Source of the DNA: an uncultured Gemella sp.
Lineage (GTDB): Bacteria > Bacillota > Bacilli > Staphylococcales > Gemellaceae
Direction: 5' to 3'
Assembly: GCF_963515875.1 (NCBI RefSeq)
Contig: NZ_CAUPZX010000004.1
Location: 8,461 to 72,460, forward strand
Length of the DNA: 64,000 bases
A program made the translations under genes and the position numbers. The notes below the pieces were generated by a model that saw only the letters and a list, made by a program, of their open reading frames with translations, made no database searches and was not told the DNA's origin. Shown here piece by piece: positions 21,097 to 32,095 of the stretch; positions within the stretch are counted from its first letter, which is position 1; each line of letters opens with the position of its first letter.

Positions 21097-23265
21097 ATGT
21101 ACGAGAAAATCACAAAGAACTTGGCAGCTAAGCTTAAAATACAAGATAAGTATATAGTAAATGTATTGAACTTATTAGAAGAGGGAAATACAATTGCATT
21201 TATAGCCAGATATCGAAAAGAATTAACAAATTCTTTAGATGAAGTTGCCATTAAGCAAATTCAAGATGAATTTAATTATTTAAAATCACTTGAAGAAAGA
21301 AAAGAAGAAGTAATTAGATTAATTTCAGAAAAAGGTCTACTTACTGAGGAATTAAAAAAAGATATTTTAGCTCAAGAAAAGCTACAAAGGGTAGAGGATT
21401 TATATCGCCCATTTAAAGAAAAAAAACGTACAAAAGCTACGATAGCAAAAGAAAAAGGTTTAGAAAAACTAGCTAATTATATTCTAAAGCTTCCAAAATC
21501 ATTAGAAGATTTAGATAAAGAAGCTACTAAGTACATAAATCCAGAAAAAGAAGTTAATAGTGTTGAAGAAGCTATCAACTATGCATTAGATATTATTGCA
21601 GAAAATATTTCTGATAGTGCAAAATATCGTGAATATGTATTAGAAAATACTAGAAAGTTTGGTCAAATTACTTCAACACTGAAAAAAGATGGCGAAGAAA
21701 AAGACGAAAATTCTACTTATAAAAACTACTATGAATTTGGTGAGCAAATTTCAAAAATTGCATCTCATAGAATTTTAGCTTTAAATCGAGCAGAAAAAGA
21801 AGGAATAATTCGTGTTGGTATAGAAAATGATAAAGATAGATTACACAATTTTATATTACGTGGATTAACAAAAAATCGTCAAACTGTGATTAGTGATTTA
21901 TTATTAGAATGTATAGCTGATAGTATGAAACGATTAATCTTTCCATCTATAGAAAGAGAAATACGAAGTGATTTAACGAAAAAAGCGGAGGAAGACTCAG
22001 TAGTTATTTTCTCAGAAAACTTAAAGCAACTTCTAATGCAAAGTCCATTAAAAAATAAAAAAGTACTAGGAATAGACCCAGCCTTTAGAACTGGTTGTAA
22101 AATGGCGATTGTAGATGAATATGGTAATTTTATTGATAAAATGGTAATTTATCCGCATAAACCAGCTTCACTAGATAAACAAGAAAAGTCAAAAAAAGAT
22201 TTAATCAAATTTATTAATAAGCATAATATTAATTTAATTGCTATTGGTAATGGAACTGCCTCTCGCGAAACAGAGAAATTTGTAGTAGAAAACTTAAAAG
22301 AAGCGGGATTAAAAATAGATTATGTAATTGTGAATGAAGCAGGGGCAAGTGTGTACTCAGCAAGTGATGTAGCACGTGAAGAATTTCCTGACTTTAACGT
22401 AGAAGAAAGAAGTGCGGTATCTATTGCTCGTCGTATTCAAGATCCATTAAGTGAACTTGTGAAAATAGATCCTAAATCAATAGGTGTAGGACAATATCAA
22501 CATGATATTACACCTAAGTTCTTAGAAAAAGAACTTAGTTTCGTGGTAGAAACTGCAGTTAATAAGGTTGGAGTTAATATTAATACGGCTTCAGTTTCAT
22601 TATTATCTTATGTTTCTGGAGTTAATAAACAAATTGCTAAAAATATAGTGGCATATCGTCAAGAGAATGGTAAAATAGAGACAATCAAAGATATTGCCAA
22701 AGTGCCTAGACTTGGGAAGAAAACATTTGAGCAATGTGTAGGTTTCTTTAGAATACCAGATAGTAAAAATATTTTTGATGCTACAGGGATCCATCCAGAA
22801 AGTTATAAAGCAGCAGAAAATCTATTAAAAGAATTGAATTTATCAACGAAAGAAGTTGGAACTGAAGAGTTTGTAACTAAAGTAGAGACAATAGATAAGA
22901 AAGTGTTATCTGAAAAAATTGGAGTTGGATTAGAAACACTTGAAGATATAATCAAAGATTTAAAACAGCCGTTAAGAGATGAACGAGAGTCGTTTGCAAA
23001 ACCGTTGTTAAAATCTGATATTTTAACTATCGATGATCTTCAGATTGGTGTTAAGCTAGCAGGAACTGTTAGGAATATTACACAATTTGGAGCATTTATA
23101 GACATAGGTCTTAAACAAGATGCGATGGTTCATATTTCGAAAATTAGTAAAAGTTATATAAAAAACCCACTTGACGTTCTTAGTGTAGGTCAGATTGTCG
23201 ATGTTTATGTAATAGATGTAGATAAGCAAAGAGGTCGTGTTGCACTAGCAATGTACAAAGATTAA
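21097..23265 (+). CDS. tex: Tex family RNA-binding transcription accessory protein
   Basis: FIARYRKE, GIDPAFRTGCK, NEAGASVYSAS, IGVGQYQHD, C-terminal S1 domain. Confidence 0.95.
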   Translation: MYEKITKNLAAKLKIQDKYIVNVLNLLEEGNTIAFIARYRKELTNSLDEVAIKQIQDEFNYLKSLEERKEEVIRLISEKGLLTEELKKDILAQEKLQRVEDLYRPFKEKKRTKATIAKEKGLEKLANYILKLPKSLEDLDKEATKYINPEKEVNSVEEAINYALDIIAENISDSAKYREYVLENTRKFGQITSTLKKDGEEKDENSTYKNYYEFGEQISKIASHRILALNRAEKEGIIRVGIENDKDRLHNFILRGLTKNRQTVISDLLLECIADSMKRLIFPSIEREIRSDLTKKAEEDSVVIFSENLKQLLMQSPLKNKKVLGIDPAFRTGCKMAIVDEYGNFIDKMVIYPHKPASLDKQEKSKKDLIKFINKHNINLIAIGNGTASRETEKFVVENLKEAGLKIDYVIVNEAGASVYSASDVAREEFPDFNVEERSAVSIARRIQDPLSELVKIDPKSIGVGQYQHDITPKFLEKELSFVVETAVNKVGVNINTASVSLLSYVSGVNKQIAKNIVAYRQENGKIETIKDIAKVPRLGKKTFEQCVGFFRIPDSKNIFDATGIHPESYKAAENLLKELNLSTKEVGTEEFVTKVETIDKKVLSEKIGVGLETLEDIIKDLKQPLRDERESFAKPLLKSDILTIDDLQIGVKLAGTVRNITQFGAFIDIGLKQDAMVHISKISKSYIKNPLDVLSVGQIVDVYVIDVDKQRGRVALAMYKD

Positions 23266-23276
23266 AGGAGGTAAAA

Positions 23277-25133
23277 ATGACTAACAACAAATCGAGATAC
23301 CTTCCAAGTATAGACAGCTTGAGGGCATTAGCAGTTTTAGCTGTTATTATTTACCATGTAGATGTAAATTACCTACCAGGTGGATTTTTAGGTGTAGATT
23401 TATTTTTTGTATTATCAGGATATTTAATAAGTTCATTAATCATTAAAGAGTATAGGAAAACAGGTAGCATAAATCTATATAATTTCTATTTAAGAAGAGC
23501 AAGACGACTATTGCCAGCAGTTTATTTCATGATTACTGTTGGAATAATATTAATGGTAATGTTTAATGAAGTTCTTCTTAAAAAGAGTCGTTTAGATGCA
23601 ATTTTTGGATATATATATTCAAGTAACTGGTGGTATATTTTTCATAAGTTAGACTACTTTGATAGTTTCGGATCACAGAGTCCATTTAAACATTTATGGT
23701 CACTTGCCATTGAAGAACAGTTTTATATGATTTTTCCATTGTTATTTTTATTAATTAATAGTAAGAAAAAAGGGAAAGACGGTACGTATAAACTAAGTAA
23801 AAGTTTCTTATATATTGTATTAGGATTAATATTTGTTTCATTAATAACACATATATTATTATTTGATATTAATAATATTAGTCGTATTTATTTTGGTACA
23901 GATACAAGAGCATTTTCACTTCTTGTAGGTGTAGTAGGTGCAATATTGTATCCAATGGATAAATTAAATAAAAAAATAACACCACAAGAAAACATAGTGT
24001 ATAGTGTTGTATCTTTAATATCAATTACGACTTTAATAACTATTATGATATACACATCTGAATATAACACTTGGTTGTATAGAGGAGGATTTTTACTAGT
24101 AGCAATCTTAGGTATAATAATCATAATTAGTAGTGGAAAACAACATACTGTAATGGCAAAATTATTATCATTTAAGCCTGTTGTGTTCATAGGGAAAATT
24201 TCATATAGCTTATATTTATGGCATTTTCCAATATTAGTACTAACAACACCTGTATCTGAAATAGGTAATCCTAATATTTTTTACGTAATATTACGTGTTA
24301 TTCTAACATTTATCGTTGCTATAATTAGTTATGTTTTTGTAGAAACACCGATAAGAAAATTAGGATTCAAAAACTACGTTAGTGTAATTTATAAAAAAAT
24401 TGTTATAAAATCAAAGAAAACGAAAAAAATTGTAGCAAGTATTGCTGTAATCGTATCTTTATTGTTCGTTATGGGGATTTTAGGTAAGAGTGTTCCTTAT
24501 CTTTCTACTGCTTTTGTGAAAGAAGTAGAGTCTAATAAAGAGAGTCAGTTTGTTAATAAGGGTGAAAATAATAAAGATAACAATCAAAATCAAGATAATA
24601 AGAAAGCTGAAAATAAAGATGATAAAAATGATAACAATAATACTGAGAAAAAATATAGTTCAGTTGTAGTTATCGGGGATTCATTAACTGTAGATATTGG
24701 AGAAAAATTCCAAGAAATATATCCAGGAGCAGTGATCGATGGAAAAATCGGCAGACAGTTGTATGTAGCCGTTGACGAAGCGAAAGGGTACTCTCAATAC
24801 AATAATGAAAATTCGGCTATTATCTTTCAATTAGGAACAAATGGACCATTTACAGAAAGTCAAATAGAAGATCTATTAAAAGTTTTTGATAAGGCGGACA
24901 TATATTTTGTTAATATAAAAGTTCCAAGAGCTTGGGAAAAAACAGTAAATACTGCATTACAAGAAGCAAAAGAAAAACACGCTAATGTGAATATTATAGA
25001 TTGGTATTCTGTTGCTAACAGTGGCAAAGATTTATTTGAACCAGATAGAGTTCACTTAAACCAAACTGGTGTTACAGAAATGGTAACGTTGATTCAGAAA
25101 AATTTAAAACGTCCAGTAGATATTAAACAGTAA
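23277..25133 (+). CDS. oatA: OatA-like O-acetyltransferase (acyltransferase-3 plus SGNH domain)
   Basis: DSLRALAV, GGFLGVDLFFVLSGYLI, HLWSLAIEEQFY; C-terminal GDS, LGTN, DRVH. Confidence 0.85.
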   Translation: MTNNKSRYLPSIDSLRALAVLAVIIYHVDVNYLPGGFLGVDLFFVLSGYLISSLIIKEYRKTGSINLYNFYLRRARRLLPAVYFMITVGIILMVMFNEVLLKKSRLDAIFGYIYSSNWWYIFHKLDYFDSFGSQSPFKHLWSLAIEEQFYMIFPLLFLLINSKKKGKDGTYKLSKSFLYIVLGLIFVSLITHILLFDINNISRIYFGTDTRAFSLLVGVVGAILYPMDKLNKKITPQENIVYSVVSLISITTLITIMIYTSEYNTWLYRGGFLLVAILGIIIIISSGKQHTVMAKLLSFKPVVFIGKISYSLYLWHFPILVLTTPVSEIGNPNIFYVILRVILTFIVAIISYVFVETPIRKLGFKNYVSVIYKKIVIKSKKTKKIVASIAVIVSLLFVMGILGKSVPYLSTAFVKEVESNKESQFVNKGENNKDNNQNQDNKKAENKDDKNDNNNTEKKYSSVVVIGDSLTVDIGEKFQEIYPGAVIDGKIGRQLYVAVDEAKGYSQYNNENSAIIFQLGTNGPFTESQIEDLLKVFDKADIYFVNIKVPRAWEKTVNTALQEAKEKHANVNIIDWYSVANSGKDLFEPDRVHLNQTGVTEMVTLIQKNLKRPVDIKQ

Positions 25134-25163
25134 GAATTAAAGATTAAGTATAGAGAATTAAGT

Positions 25164-25292
25164 GGGAGTGATTCAAGAATTGCGATTTCGTAGAAATCGA
25201 CTTTGTTGAGTCACTCCCTTAACATTTATTAGATATTTAAAAAGCATTTTAAGAGTAAATTTATATATAAATAAGCTACTGCGTATATGAGT
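25164..25292. repeat. Dispersed palindromic repeat, copy B (inverted relative to A)
   Basis: GGGAGTGATTCAA...TTGAGTCACTCCC at 25164-25218, then reverse complement of the extension (...ACTGCGTATATGAGT). Confidence 0.85.
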
Positions 25293-25482
25293 TATCATAT
25301 ACTCTTTTTTATTTAAGACTTTTGAGACAATCCTATTCAGCATAACAAGTAATCTAAAATATAATTTATGATTTAAGCAAGGTTTTCTTATTGAAATATA
25401 AACTTTCATTGAAATATGAATATAGTTTATGTTATAATGATTTAGTATTATAATTTAATTAATGATGAAAAAGGAGATAACT

Positions 25483-26946
25483 ATGACAAAAGTAAGAGTA
25501 AGATATGCACCATCTCCAACAGGAAATTTACATATCGGTAATGCACGTACAGCATTATTTAATTATCTTTTTGCAAAACATTACGGTGGAGATTTTGTAT
25601 TAAGAATAGAAGATACTGACTTTAAACGTAATAAAGAAGAAGGTGAAAGAAGTCAGTTAAAATACATGGACTGGTTAGGTCTTGATTATGATGAAGGTAT
25701 TGGAAAAGAAAAAGAATTCGGTCCATACCGCCAATCAGAAAGAATTGATATTTATCAAAAATATGCCGATCAACTTATTGCAGAAGATAAAGCATATAAA
25801 TGTTATATGACTGCTGAAGAATTAGAAGCGGAAAGAGAAGAGCAAATTGCTAATGGATTACCTCCTCGTTACAGTGGAAAACACGCTCACCTTACTAAAG
25901 AAGAACAAGAAGCTTTTGAAAAAGAAGGTAGAAAACCATCAATTCGTATTCGTGTTCCTCAAGATAGAACTTATAGTTTTGATGACATGGTTAAAGGTGA
26001 ATTATCATTTGAAGGTCGTGACTTCGGTGATTTTGTGATCATAAAAAATGATGGAGTTGCCACTTATAACTTCGCAGTAGTAATTGATGATTATCTAATG
26101 AAAATTTCTCACGTATTGCGTGGAGATGATCACGTATCAAATACACCAAAACAGCTTGTTGTGTATGAGGCATTAGGATTCGAAGCACCGAGATTTGGTC
26201 ACATGACTCTTATCGTAAATGAAAGTAAGAAAAAATTATCTAAACGTGATGAAACAATTATCCAATTTATCGAGCAATATGATGAACTAGGATATCTTCC
26301 AGAAGCATTGTTTAACTTTATTACATTATTAGGTTGGTCTCCAGAAGGTGAACAAGAAATCTTTACTAAAGAAGAATTCGTTAAAATCTTCGATGAAAAA
26401 CGTCTAAGTAAATCACCAGCATTCTTTGATAATAATAAACTAACTTGGATTAACAACCAATACATTAAAGCTCAATCTTTAGAGAGAATTGTAGACTTAG
26501 CTTTACCATTCTTTGTAAAAGAGGGTGTTGCAACAGCAGAAGAAGTAGAAAGTAACAGAGCTTGGTTTGAAAAATTAATTTCGTTATATCAACCACAAAT
26601 GAGTTATGGTGCTGAAATTGTTGAATTAACAAAACAATTCTTCGTAGAAGATGTAAAATTTGCTGAAGAAGAATTAGAAATCTTAAAACAAGAAACAACA
26701 GCAACTGTATTTGAAGACTTTTTAACAAAAGTAACAGCAGTTGAAGAATTTACAGCAGATAATATTAAAGGATTAATTAAAGAAATCCAAAAAGATACTG
26801 GAGTAAAAGGTAAAAACTTATTTATGCCGATACGAATTGCTTCTACTGGATCAATGCATGGACCAGAATTAAACACAAGTTTAGAATTATTAGGTAAAGA
26901 ACGTGTAGCAGCTAGAGTAAAAGCAGCATTAGAACTAATTAAATAA
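25483..26946 (+). CDS. gltX: Glutamate--tRNA ligase
   Basis: [14 protein letters not shown] (HIGH), KLSKR (KMSKS); ATG 25483 after SD AAGGAG. Confidence 0.97.
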   Translation: MTKVRVRYAPSPTGNLHIGNARTALFNYLFAKHYGGDFVLRIEDTDFKRNKEEGERSQLKYMDWLGLDYDEGIGKEKEFGPYRQSERIDIYQKYADQLIAEDKAYKCYMTAEELEAEREEQIANGLPPRYSGKHAHLTKEEQEAFEKEGRKPSIRIRVPQDRTYSFDDMVKGELSFEGRDFGDFVIIKNDGVATYNFAVVIDDYLMKISHVLRGDDHVSNTPKQLVVYEALGFEAPRFGHMTLIVNESKKKLSKRDETIIQFIEQYDELGYLPEALFNFITLLGWSPEGEQEIFTKEEFVKIFDEKRLSKSPAFFDNNKLTWINNQYIKAQSLERIVDLALPFFVKEGVATAEEVESNRAWFEKLISLYQPQMSYGAEIVELTKQFFVEDVKFAEEELEILKQETTATVFEDFLTKVTAVEEFTADNIKGLIKEIQKDTGVKGKNLFMPIRIASTGSMHGPELNTSLELLGKERVAARVKAALELIK

Positions 26947-27070
26947 TCTATAAAATATTACAAAAAAAGTTAAGGGAGAAATATAAAACAATAAATTATA
27001 GAGTATCCCTTAATTTTAACTTTAATACGGAAAAAACTGAAGAAATATAAATAAAAGTAAAGAAAATATC

Positions 27071-27099
27071 TTGACATTTAACGTCAAATAATGTATTAT
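27071..27099 (+). promoter_or_regulatory. Sigma-A promoter of rplM-rpsI
   Basis: TTGACA-17 bp-TATTAT. Confidence 0.75.
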
Positions 27100-27109
27100 T
27101 ACTTATGAT

Positions 27110-27172
27110 ATTGTTTATATATCTTCACGAGTAAGCCCCGGAAAACTTAGTCGTTATGACAGATTAACAAAC
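27110..27172 (+). promoter_or_regulatory. L13 leader (autoregulatory RNA)
   Basis: ACGAGTAAGCCCCGGAAAACTTAGTCGT hairpin typical of the Firmicute L13 leader, directly 5' of rplM. Confidence 0.75.
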
Positions 27173-27194
27173 AACATCTAGGAGGAAAAAAGAC

Positions 27195-27632
27195 ATGCGT
27201 CAAACATATATGGCAAAGCCATCAACTGTAGAAAAAAAATGGTATGTAATCGATGCTGAAGGACAAACTTTAGGTCGCTTATCATCAGAAGTAGCTTCAA
27301 TTTTAAGAGGGAAACACAAACCTACTTATACACCACATATCGATACTGGGGATAATGTTATCATTATCAATGCTGAGAAAATTGTGTTAACTGGTAAAAA
27401 ATTAACTGATAAAATTTACCGTCGTCACACAATGCACCCAGGTGGGTTAAAAGAAAGAACTGCTGGATTAATGGTAGAAAAATATCCAGAAGAACTTTTA
27501 GAATTATCTATTAAAGGTATGTTACCAAAAAATACTTTAGGTAGAGCTCAAGGAATGAAACTTCACGTATACCGTGGAGCTGAACACCCACACGCAGCAC
27601 AAAAACCAGAAAAATACGAATTACGTGGATAA
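27195..27632 (+). CDS. rplM: 50S ribosomal protein L13
   Basis: [29 protein letters not shown]. Confidence 0.98.
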   Translation: MRQTYMAKPSTVEKKWYVIDAEGQTLGRLSSEVASILRGKHKPTYTPHIDTGDNVIIINAEKIVLTGKKLTDKIYRRHTMHPGGLKERTAGLMVEKYPEELLELSIKGMLPKNTLGRAQGMKLHVYRGAEHPHAAQKPEKYELRG

Positions 27633-27651
27633 TATAGGAGGAAATAATTAA

Positions 27652-28044
27652 ATGGCACAAGTAGAATATCGCGGTACAGGACGCCGTAAAAGCTCAGTAG
27701 CACGTGTAAGATTAGTACCTGGAACAGGGAAAGTTGTTATTAACAACAGAGAAATGCGTGAATACTTACCATTAGAATCATTAGTATTAGACTTAATGCA
27801 ACCTTTAGAAGTTACATCTACTACAGGTAACTATGACGTTTTAGTTAACGTTAACGGTGGAGGATACACAGGACAAGCTCAAGCAATCCGTCACGGAATT
27901 GCACGTGCTTTACTAGAAGTAAACCCAGAATACCGTAAAGATTTAAAACCAGCAGGATTACTAACTCGTGACCCTCGTATGAAAGAACGTAAAAAATACG
28001 GTCTTCGTGGTGCGAGACGTGCTCCTCAATTTTCAAAACGTTAA
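27652..28044 (+). CDS. rpsI: 30S ribosomal protein S9
   Basis: [25 protein letters not shown]. Confidence 0.98.
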   Translation: MAQVEYRGTGRRKSSVARVRLVPGTGKVVINNREMREYLPLESLVLDLMQPLEVTSTTGNYDVLVNVNGGGYTGQAQAIRHGIARALLEVNPEYRKDLKPAGLLTRDPRMKERKKYGLRGARRAPQFSKR

Positions 28045-28071
28045 TATTGGTCTTATACCAATTTGCACGTC

Positions 28072-28110
28072 AAGACAACAGAGAAATTTCTCTGTTGTCT
28101 TCTTTTTTAT
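28072..28110 (+). terminator. Intrinsic terminator after rpsI
   Basis: AAGACAACAGAGAAA/TTTCTCTGTTGTCTT followed by a T-run. Confidence 0.8.
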
Positions 28111-28176
28111 ACAGAAAAGTAAAAAACTGAAAATCAATATCTAATGGATAGTTGATTTTCAGTTTGAAAATATAAA

Positions 28177-28797
28177 TTATTCGTATATCTCCGAGTCCTT
28201 AAGGGTAAAAACTACTTCTGTACCCGCTGGATAGTTATCTAATGAAAGTAAAAGTATTTTTTCTTCTATCTTTTTAGGTTTTATCTCAGCACTCACTTGA
28301 GCGATTTCATTTAATTCATCATAAAGATTTTTAAATAGTTTTGCATCTTTTACGTTGATTTTTGGATTTATTTGGTAAATAGGTGTCTCTCCAAACCAAG
28401 TATCTTCATTTTTAAAATCAATTTCGGATTTCTCATTTATTTTTAACTTTATTGTAATATCATAATCGAAAGTATATCTGTCAAAAAGTTTAGCAAGATT
28501 ACTAATATAATCATGTGATCCTTTATTAGAACGATTAATAAATTTTAATTTAGCACTATAATCGATAGCATTTAAATCAAAGATTTCAGCCATTTTAAAT
28601 ACATCAAATTCATCATATACTTCAGAAGTTACAAAATTAACTTTTACATCATATCCTACACGTTGAAATTCTTGGTATTTTTCTAAAAGTTCTTCAGCTG
28701 TAACATCCTCAATATTTTCTTTGATATTTGTAACAGATTCCTTTCCATCTTCTATAACTTCTTGTTTAGGATATTTAACAGTCAATAAATAATTCAT
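28177..28797 (-). CDS. Hypothetical acidic soluble protein with internal helix-strand periodicity
   Basis: 206-aa ORF with strong SD AAGGAGG and a downstream hairpin at 28123-28165; family not recognised. Confidence 0.75.
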   Translation of the reverse strand: MNYLLTVKYPKQEVIEDGKESVTNIKENIEDVTAEELLEKYQEFQRVGYDVKVNFVTSEVYDEFDVFKMAEIFDLNAIDYSAKLKFINRSNKGSHDYISNLAKLFDRYTFDYDITIKLKINEKSEIDFKNEDTWFGETPIYQINPKINVKDAKLFKNLYDELNEIAQVSAEIKPKKIEEKILLLSLDNYPAGTEVVFTLKDSEIYE

Positions 28798-29023
28798 CTA
28801 ATTATTCCTCCTTTTAATTTAGAACAATTATTATTATACATATCTTTAGCAATAATTACAACAGTGTAATAAGTTATAAGATGATTTGCTATATGTTTTA
28901 AAGAATCAGTTGAATAATTAAATTTAACTAAAATTTCTGAAAATAAAGAAAAATCAATCTTGACATTTTTCAATAAAGTTTATATAATTAAAAACATAAA
29001 TTGAAAAAAGGAGGGCATTGCAC

Positions 29024-29683
29024 ATGAAAATAATAGCAATTTCAACAAGAAGCACGGACTATAAATCCGATGCAGGTATAGATAAAAGAAGACTGTATAT
29101 TAATGGTTATTTTTCAGAAATGGCAGAAAAAGCAGGATTTATATTATTTCCAGTTTGTTCACAAAATGGAATAGAGGAAATTGCAGCCATGTGTAGTGGT
29201 CTAATAATTGCAGGTAGAGATAGGGATATAAATCCTAAATATTACGGAGAAGTACCACTTAAAGGATTAACTTACCCTGAAGATAGTTATGAAGACGAAT
29301 TGGACTTTAGACTTATAGAGTTATTCGATAATGCAAAGAAGCCTATTTTGGGAATTTGTAGTGGATTACAAAGCCTTAATATTTTCTTTGGGGGAACATT
29401 AAAGCAACATATTGATGAACATACTAGCAAAGAAAAATTAGTAAGACATTCAGTAAAAATAGACAAAGATTCATTTTTATATAGTTTATATGGACAAGAA
29501 AATAATGTTAATTCAATACATCATCAGGCAATTAATAAACTAGCAGAAGGTTTTAAAGTTACAGCAATGGCAGAGGATGGAACTATTGAAGCAATAGAAC
29601 GAGAAAACCTTATAGGCGTTCAATGGCATCCTGAGGTTGATGGAGAATATAATACTTTTAAAAAATTTGTAGAAATGTGTTAA
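29024..29683 (+). CDS. Peptidase C26 / gamma-glutamyl-GABA hydrolase-family glutamine amidotransferase
   Basis: DINPKYYGE, PILGIC.G.Q, VNSIHHQ, GVQWHPE. Confidence 0.88.
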   Translation: MKIIAISTRSTDYKSDAGIDKRRLYINGYFSEMAEKAGFILFPVCSQNGIEEIAAMCSGLIIAGRDRDINPKYYGEVPLKGLTYPEDSYEDELDFRLIELFDNAKKPILGICSGLQSLNIFFGGTLKQHIDEHTSKEKLVRHSVKIDKDSFLYSLYGQENNVNSIHHQAINKLAEGFKVTAMAEDGTIEAIERENLIGVQWHPEVDGEYNTFKKFVEMC

Positions 29684-29700
29684 TAAATACATCAAAATAG

Positions 29701-29900
29701 TTGACTTATTATTTAAATAATGTTAAACTAATCTTTGTGTAAAATAATAGCAGTGGATTAATTGTTATTGCCTCTATGTTATACATTTTTTAATGTGGCA
29801 ACTCGTAGCCTATGCTGCTAGGCGAAGTTCCAGTTTTATAACATATACAACAACGATAATCGTGCTTTTTGTTTTCACAAAAATAAAAACAAAAAGATAT
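29701..29900 (+). promoter_or_regulatory. rpsD promoter and S4 autoregulatory leader
   Basis: TTGACT-17-TGnTAAACT, then GTGTAAAATA..GCAG ... GCTGCTAGGCGAAG, resembling the Bacillales S4 leader. Confidence 0.65.
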
Positions 29901-29915
29901 AAGGAGGAGCACATA

Positions 29916-30518
29916 ATGGCTCGTTTTACAGGTTCAACTTGGAAAAAATCTCGTCGTTTAGGAATTTCACTAAGCGGTACTGGTAAGGAGTTAGCTAAAC
30001 GCCCTTACGCACCAGGACAACACGGTCCTAACTTAAGAAAAAAACTATCTGAGTATGGTTTACAATTACAAGAAAAACAAAAACTTCGTTACCTACACGG
30101 TATGAATGAAAAACAATTCCGTAAATTATTCGATAAAGCTGGTAAATTACAAGGTCTACACGGTGAAAACTTCATGGCATTACTTGCTACACGTTTAGAT
30201 TCAGTAGTATACAGCTTAGGTTTAGCAAGAACTAACCGTCAAGCTAGACAATTAGTAAACCACGGACACGTTCTTGTAGATGGTAAAAAAGTAGACATCG
30301 CTTCTTACGCTGTTAAACCAGGTCAAGTAGTTTCAGTAAGAGAAAAATCTAGAAACCTTGAAATCATTAAAGAAGCTGTTGAAGTAACTAACTTCGTTCC
30401 TGAATACTTAACTTTTGATGCTGACAAATTAGAAGGATCATTAGTAAGACTTCCTGAAAGAAGTGAATTACACCCAGAAATCAACGAACAACTTATCGTT
30501 GAGTACTACAGCCGTTAA
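29916..30518 (+). CDS. rpsD: 30S ribosomal protein S4
   Basis: [41 protein letters not shown] 29916 after SD AAGGAGG. Confidence 0.98.
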   Translation: MARFTGSTWKKSRRLGISLSGTGKELAKRPYAPGQHGPNLRKKLSEYGLQLQEKQKLRYLHGMNEKQFRKLFDKAGKLQGLHGENFMALLATRLDSVVYSLGLARTNRQARQLVNHGHVLVDGKKVDIASYAVKPGQVVSVREKSRNLEIIKEAVEVTNFVPEYLTFDADKLEGSLVRLPERSELHPEINEQLIVEYYSR

Positions 30519-30582
30519 TAAGACAAAGCCCTTTAAACTAACGTTTAAGGGGCTTATTTTTATTTTCTGCGTAAAAAAAAAG

Positions 30583-32095
30583 GGCTCTTTGTCAAGTTCG
30601 GGGCATGGGGAAAATTCACTCTAGAAATCTAGGCAGCACTTTGCTGCTTAGATTTTTTCTTACTTTCTTTAAGTTTAATATTATTTTTATATTCAGAAAC
30701 AAATAATCTAGACATAATTAAAATGCGTAATCTGAAATTACTAAAGCTAGAATATCCATAAGATACTCTCTTTAGTAGTTTTATTTTATTATTAAATCCT
30801 TCTAATGGGCCATTAGAATACTCATATTTAACAGCGTTAAGCATATACTCTTTGTGCTTTTTCATAGTATTTATAGCTTTAGATACACCTTTAGATAATC
30901 CTTTAGTATCCATATCTATATACTTTTCTAATTCTACAGAGTCTTTAGCTTTAATAGCTTCTCTTATCTCATGAACTCTCTCATAACTAGCTGTAAATTC
31001 AGCATCTATAGCTAATATATAATCTAATACTTCTTTTCTAGTTACATAGCGTTTAAAGCTTCTAGAATAGAATGTTTTTGTTGAATTTACTTTATCTCTA
31101 TCTTCTAATATTACTTTCCAGAAGTTCTTTAGAATAGTGTAAGTAGAGCCTTTTTTATTCTTATATTGATTCATTAGTTTTACTCTAGCTTTATTTAATT
31201 CTCTATTAATATTTTGAACCATGTGGAATCTATCTATTATTATCTCAGCGTTAGGGAACATCTCTTTAATCATACTCATATAAGGAGGGTAAATATCTAT
31301 ACAGATCGTTTTTACTTTCTTTCTTACTTTTCTTGGATATCTCATAAAGTATTGTTTTAATATATGTTGTGTTCTACCATCTACAATATCTATAAAGTCA
31401 TGTGTTCTAGCATCTAAGAATACGAAACTCATTCCATTTTTACTATCTTTAGTTGATTTTATTTCATCGAAACATAGGTGCTCTGGTAAGTTTGAATGAG
31501 TCTTAACTTCTACAGCTTCTCTACATGATTTCATTACTCTTACTACTGTAGATACTGATACATTACTTAATTCAGCTATATCTTTAAAAGACAATGTTTT
31601 AGATAGATTCTTCATTATGTAAAATATAAGATTTTTAGATATACTACAGTGCTTTTGTACAAATGATGTTTCAGCACAAAACTTAGAATTACATTCTCTA
31701 CATTTAAAGCGTTGTTTCTTTAGTCTAAGGTATGTAGGGCATTCTGACATCTTTAATAAAGCTATTTTTAATGGATCTGTGAATCCATTTTTAACTATAT
31801 TATTTCCTTCTTTTATACATCCGCAATTTGTACAACACTTTGGATTGTATGATAAAGTCCCATGAAATACGAATGTATCTTGCCCATCCACATTAATTAA
31901 ATCAAGTTTATCCTCCATAGTTATATTTTGGTCTTTTATTAATAGTAAATTTGTGATAAAATTAGACATGACAAATATCCTTTCTTAGTTAATTATTTTT
32001 CTACACTTTAATTATATTGGATATTTGTCTTTTTGTATATAAAAATTGAAATCCGGGGATGGAATTTTTCCATGCCCCGGATTTAGTATACAACC
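30583..32095 (-). mobile_element. Complete ISL3-family insertion sequence (1513 bp)
   Basis: Ends GGCTCTTTGTCAAGTTCGGGGCATGGGGAAAATTC and GAATTTTTCCATGCCCCGGATTTAGTATACAACC (imperfect IR); 8-bp direct repeat AAAAAAAG at 30575-30582 and 32096-32103. Confidence 0.92.
30629..31969 (-). CDS. ISL3-family transposase
   Basis: Zn-finger CxxC pairs, LCFDE, ICID, IIDRFH, SNGPLEGFNNKIK. Confidence 0.95.
   Translation of the reverse strand: MSNFITNLLLIKDQNITMEDKLDLINVDGQDTFVFHGTLSYNPKCCTNCGCIKEGNNIVKNGFTDPLKIALLKMSECPTYLRLKKQRFKCRECNSKFCAETSFVQKHCSISKNLIFYIMKNLSKTLSFKDIAELSNVSVSTVVRVMKSCREAVEVKTHSNLPEHLCFDEIKSTKDSKNGMSFVFLDARTHDFIDIVDGRTQHILKQYFMRYPRKVRKKVKTICIDIYPPYMSMIKEMFPNAEIIIDRFHMVQNINRELNKARVKLMNQYKNKKGSTYTILKNFWKVILEDRDKVNSTKTFYSRSFKRYVTRKEVLDYILAIDAEFTASYERVHEIREAIKAKDSVELEKYIDMDTKGLSKGVSKAINTMKKHKEYMLNAVKYEYSNGPLEGFNNKIKLLKRVSYGYSSFSNFRLRILIMSRLFVSEYKNNIKLKESKKKSKQQSAA

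Noticed and set aside
29793..29915. 41-aa N-terminal extension of S4
   Set aside because: This is the regulatory leader; SD and homology give ATG 29916
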